From NCBI RefSeq assembly GCF_030144855.1, contig NC_082713.1, forward strand, positions 149,172,001 to 149,236,000: a stretch of DNA of 64,000 nt, in the 5' to 3' direction. Both the position numbers and the translations under genes were made by a program. Shown here one piece after another: positions 62,201 to 64,000 of this stretch. Numbering within the stretch: the stretch's first letter is position 1; the number at the start of each line of letters is the position of its first letter. The stretch is from Hypanus sabinus. Its lineage: Eukaryota. A model generated the notes under the pieces. That model worked only from the letters and a program-made list of their open reading frames with translations. It ran no database searches and was not told the DNA's origin.

Positions 62201-62460
62201 GTTGACGCAAGATTCAAGGATGTGCTTAAAAAGTACATGAAAATTTGTTAGCATGGCTTCTGATTTCTGAGGAACTTTTTGACCTGTTGCATTTGGGTGA
62301 GTACGGGAATCCATACAATAGCCACACATAGATACTCCGTATTGAGAGAAACATGAGCATGCTACTTCACAAACTACCCACCCATCTTCTCCATCGGCCA
62401 TTTGCTGTCCCATTCTTGGAGGGGTCTGCGGTTCCCTCCTTGATCCCTATTGTGTTGTGG
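59290..62460 (+). mobile_element. Highly degraded RTE-clade LINE (endonuclease and RT remnants) with nested insertions
   Basis: Remnants resembling the RTE APE domain (GNANSN..LL; NTL...KVSxQ.PSKHWxLLDFI at 59460-59605) and RT (LYMVCFNHSKALDSIDPERLWNIL at 61090-61165; LERYHLCCLQRI at 61900-61945). 3' PSSPSAICCPILGGVCGS. Confidence 0.65.
62139..62208 (-). mobile_element. 70-bp PLE terminal-module insertion inside the RTE remnant
   Basis: CACACAAATTGCTGGTGGAACGCAGCAGGCCAGGCAGCATCTATAGG...GTTGACG, flanked by AAGGTTCAAG (62129-38) and AAGATTCAAG (62209-18). Confidence 0.72.
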
Positions 62461-64000
62461 TGAAAACAATTTAATAATGCGTTGTAAAGGGCTATGTTAA
62501 TGGTTGAAATTAAAACACTACTAAAGCATTGTACATCTCCCACCTTTTTCACAACCTTAAGGTTTCAGGGCATAAATCGCATGGGTGGGACAGCAAGTTT
62601 CCCGCTTCTTGTTCTCCCACCGATGACAGGAATATTAATAAATGTAGCGTTTGCTGTGATTGTTTGGAATGTGTGTTTTTTCCCCTACCACCAAGATAGG
62701 AGGCAAGTATAGCCTCATGTACTCAGGGAAGTTTCAGTACCACGCTCACATTTCAGGTGAGACTTTCAGCCATTGCAGACTACCGAGCACCGGTTAATAT
62801 TGAACTTTTCATGATCATTTCACATTAAGTTATAATCTCACTGTGGCATACCATTGGGGTAACTTCATTTCCAGGAATGAGGGAACATAAATATCAAATC
62901 AACTTTGAAGAACGACAGCCTAGAGATTATAGATATAGAAAGAAAATACAAAATAGTGAAGACATGTATATTTAGTAATGTAAAGAACAGGCATTAAAAT
63001 AAAATTAAACCATATTTAATAGAGTGTATGTCATTAGGGACTTATGGCACAGTCATCTGTAAAATGGCCATTGGGTGTTTGGATCGATTAAATACACGTT
63101 TGTAAATTGAGAGAGGTGAAACTATTTCCTAAAAGTAAAATCATTATAAATTGAGATAGATGGTCTTAATTGCCCAGTAATCTTCTTCAACATTCCCCCT
63201 GCACAGTTTGGTTGCTCCAACTTTTTCATGTTGACTTTTACCCATGAACTACAGCTGGAAAAGTTCAATGATACAACATTAAAATACTAGGCACAGTAGT
63301 TATTTAGAGATCAGAAACTTAAATCAGAAAGAGAAAGCGGTCACTCTTAATTTCCCCTCTGCAACTGCCATAAAATAAAGGGGGCAATTTCTTGGCTGAT
63401 AGTCTTTCCGTCACTGGTCCAGACCGGTGCTTGAGTCACAGTTAAAGATTTTAAAAGCTGCATAATGCTACCAGTTTTGCGATGTTATCTCAACAAGAGC
63501 CATTAAAAGTAACATACTCCGGAAAGAATCAGTTTAGTTCTGAAAATATAACATTTAAACATGTTTAACGATTTATTCATGAATAATGAATTCTGTCCGG
63601 CCATGCTCCCCATATAAAAATAAAATAATTGGGTAGCTAAGTCAAATAACTGGTTAAAGGCTGGTAGGCTTCTTGCGAAATGCTATAAACCTGTGGGGTT
63701 TTCTCCTCCCCTCTTCCATTGCCACCTAATAATAGTTCCTATTTTCATGATGGAACCAAGGGCATGAAATCTAATTTAGAGCTGCTGTTAATGTTTTGCT
63801 AAAGTTGTAAAAAATACTTTTGCTGCTGTGGCCATGTATGCATTGAACCTCTGGCATTTGAGAACCTTATCATTCCCTTTGCAATATATTCTTGCTGTAA
63901 GGGCTTTCTAGAAATGGCTAACCTGTGTTCTAGTCTATACTTTCTTACTAAGGGTTAAGTAATAATTACATGGGTTCTTTCTCCATTTGTATTCTTGCTT

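Noticed and set aside
1-64000. CRISPR arrays, operons, rRNA or other prokaryotic/viral systems
   Set aside because: The sequence is spliced vertebrate genomic DNA. There are no regularly spaced direct repeats, and all long ORFs are explained by exons or retroelements.

Overview
This is eukaryotic, repeat-rich vertebrate DNA, most likely from a cartilaginous fish (ray or shark). That inference rests on the V-SINE/CR1/Penelope repeat landscape and the divergent PTHrP. The window holds the conserved syntenic block MRPS35 (last exon, +), MANSC4 (3 coding exons, -, 351 aa), KLHL42 (3 exons, +, 466 aa) and PTHLH/PTHrP (2 coding exons, -, 190 aa, plus a non-coding AU-rich terminal exon). All exon joins were checked by hand for GT/AG and frame. 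Between and within the genes are CR1, Rex1/Babar-like and RTE LINE fragments, V-SINEs, pogo/Tigger-type MITEs, a solo LTR and many Penelope-like (PLE) pieces. Four observations stand out. (1) A family of short PLE-derived insertions with 10-12 bp target-site duplications carries minimal hammerhead-ribozyme motifs, including a 398-bp fold-back unit in MANSC4 intron 2 with a hammerhead on each strand. (2) A young CR1 with an open 590-codon RT frame is inserted into the hammerhead of a PLE inverted pseudo-LTR. (3) The PTHrP has Trp23, Ser12 and a Gly36-Arg37 possible amidation signal. (4) KLHL42 has a candidate poison alternative 5' splice site. Gene identities and repeat classes come from remembered sequence similarity, not from searches. 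Repeat boundaries are approximate unless a TSD is quoted.
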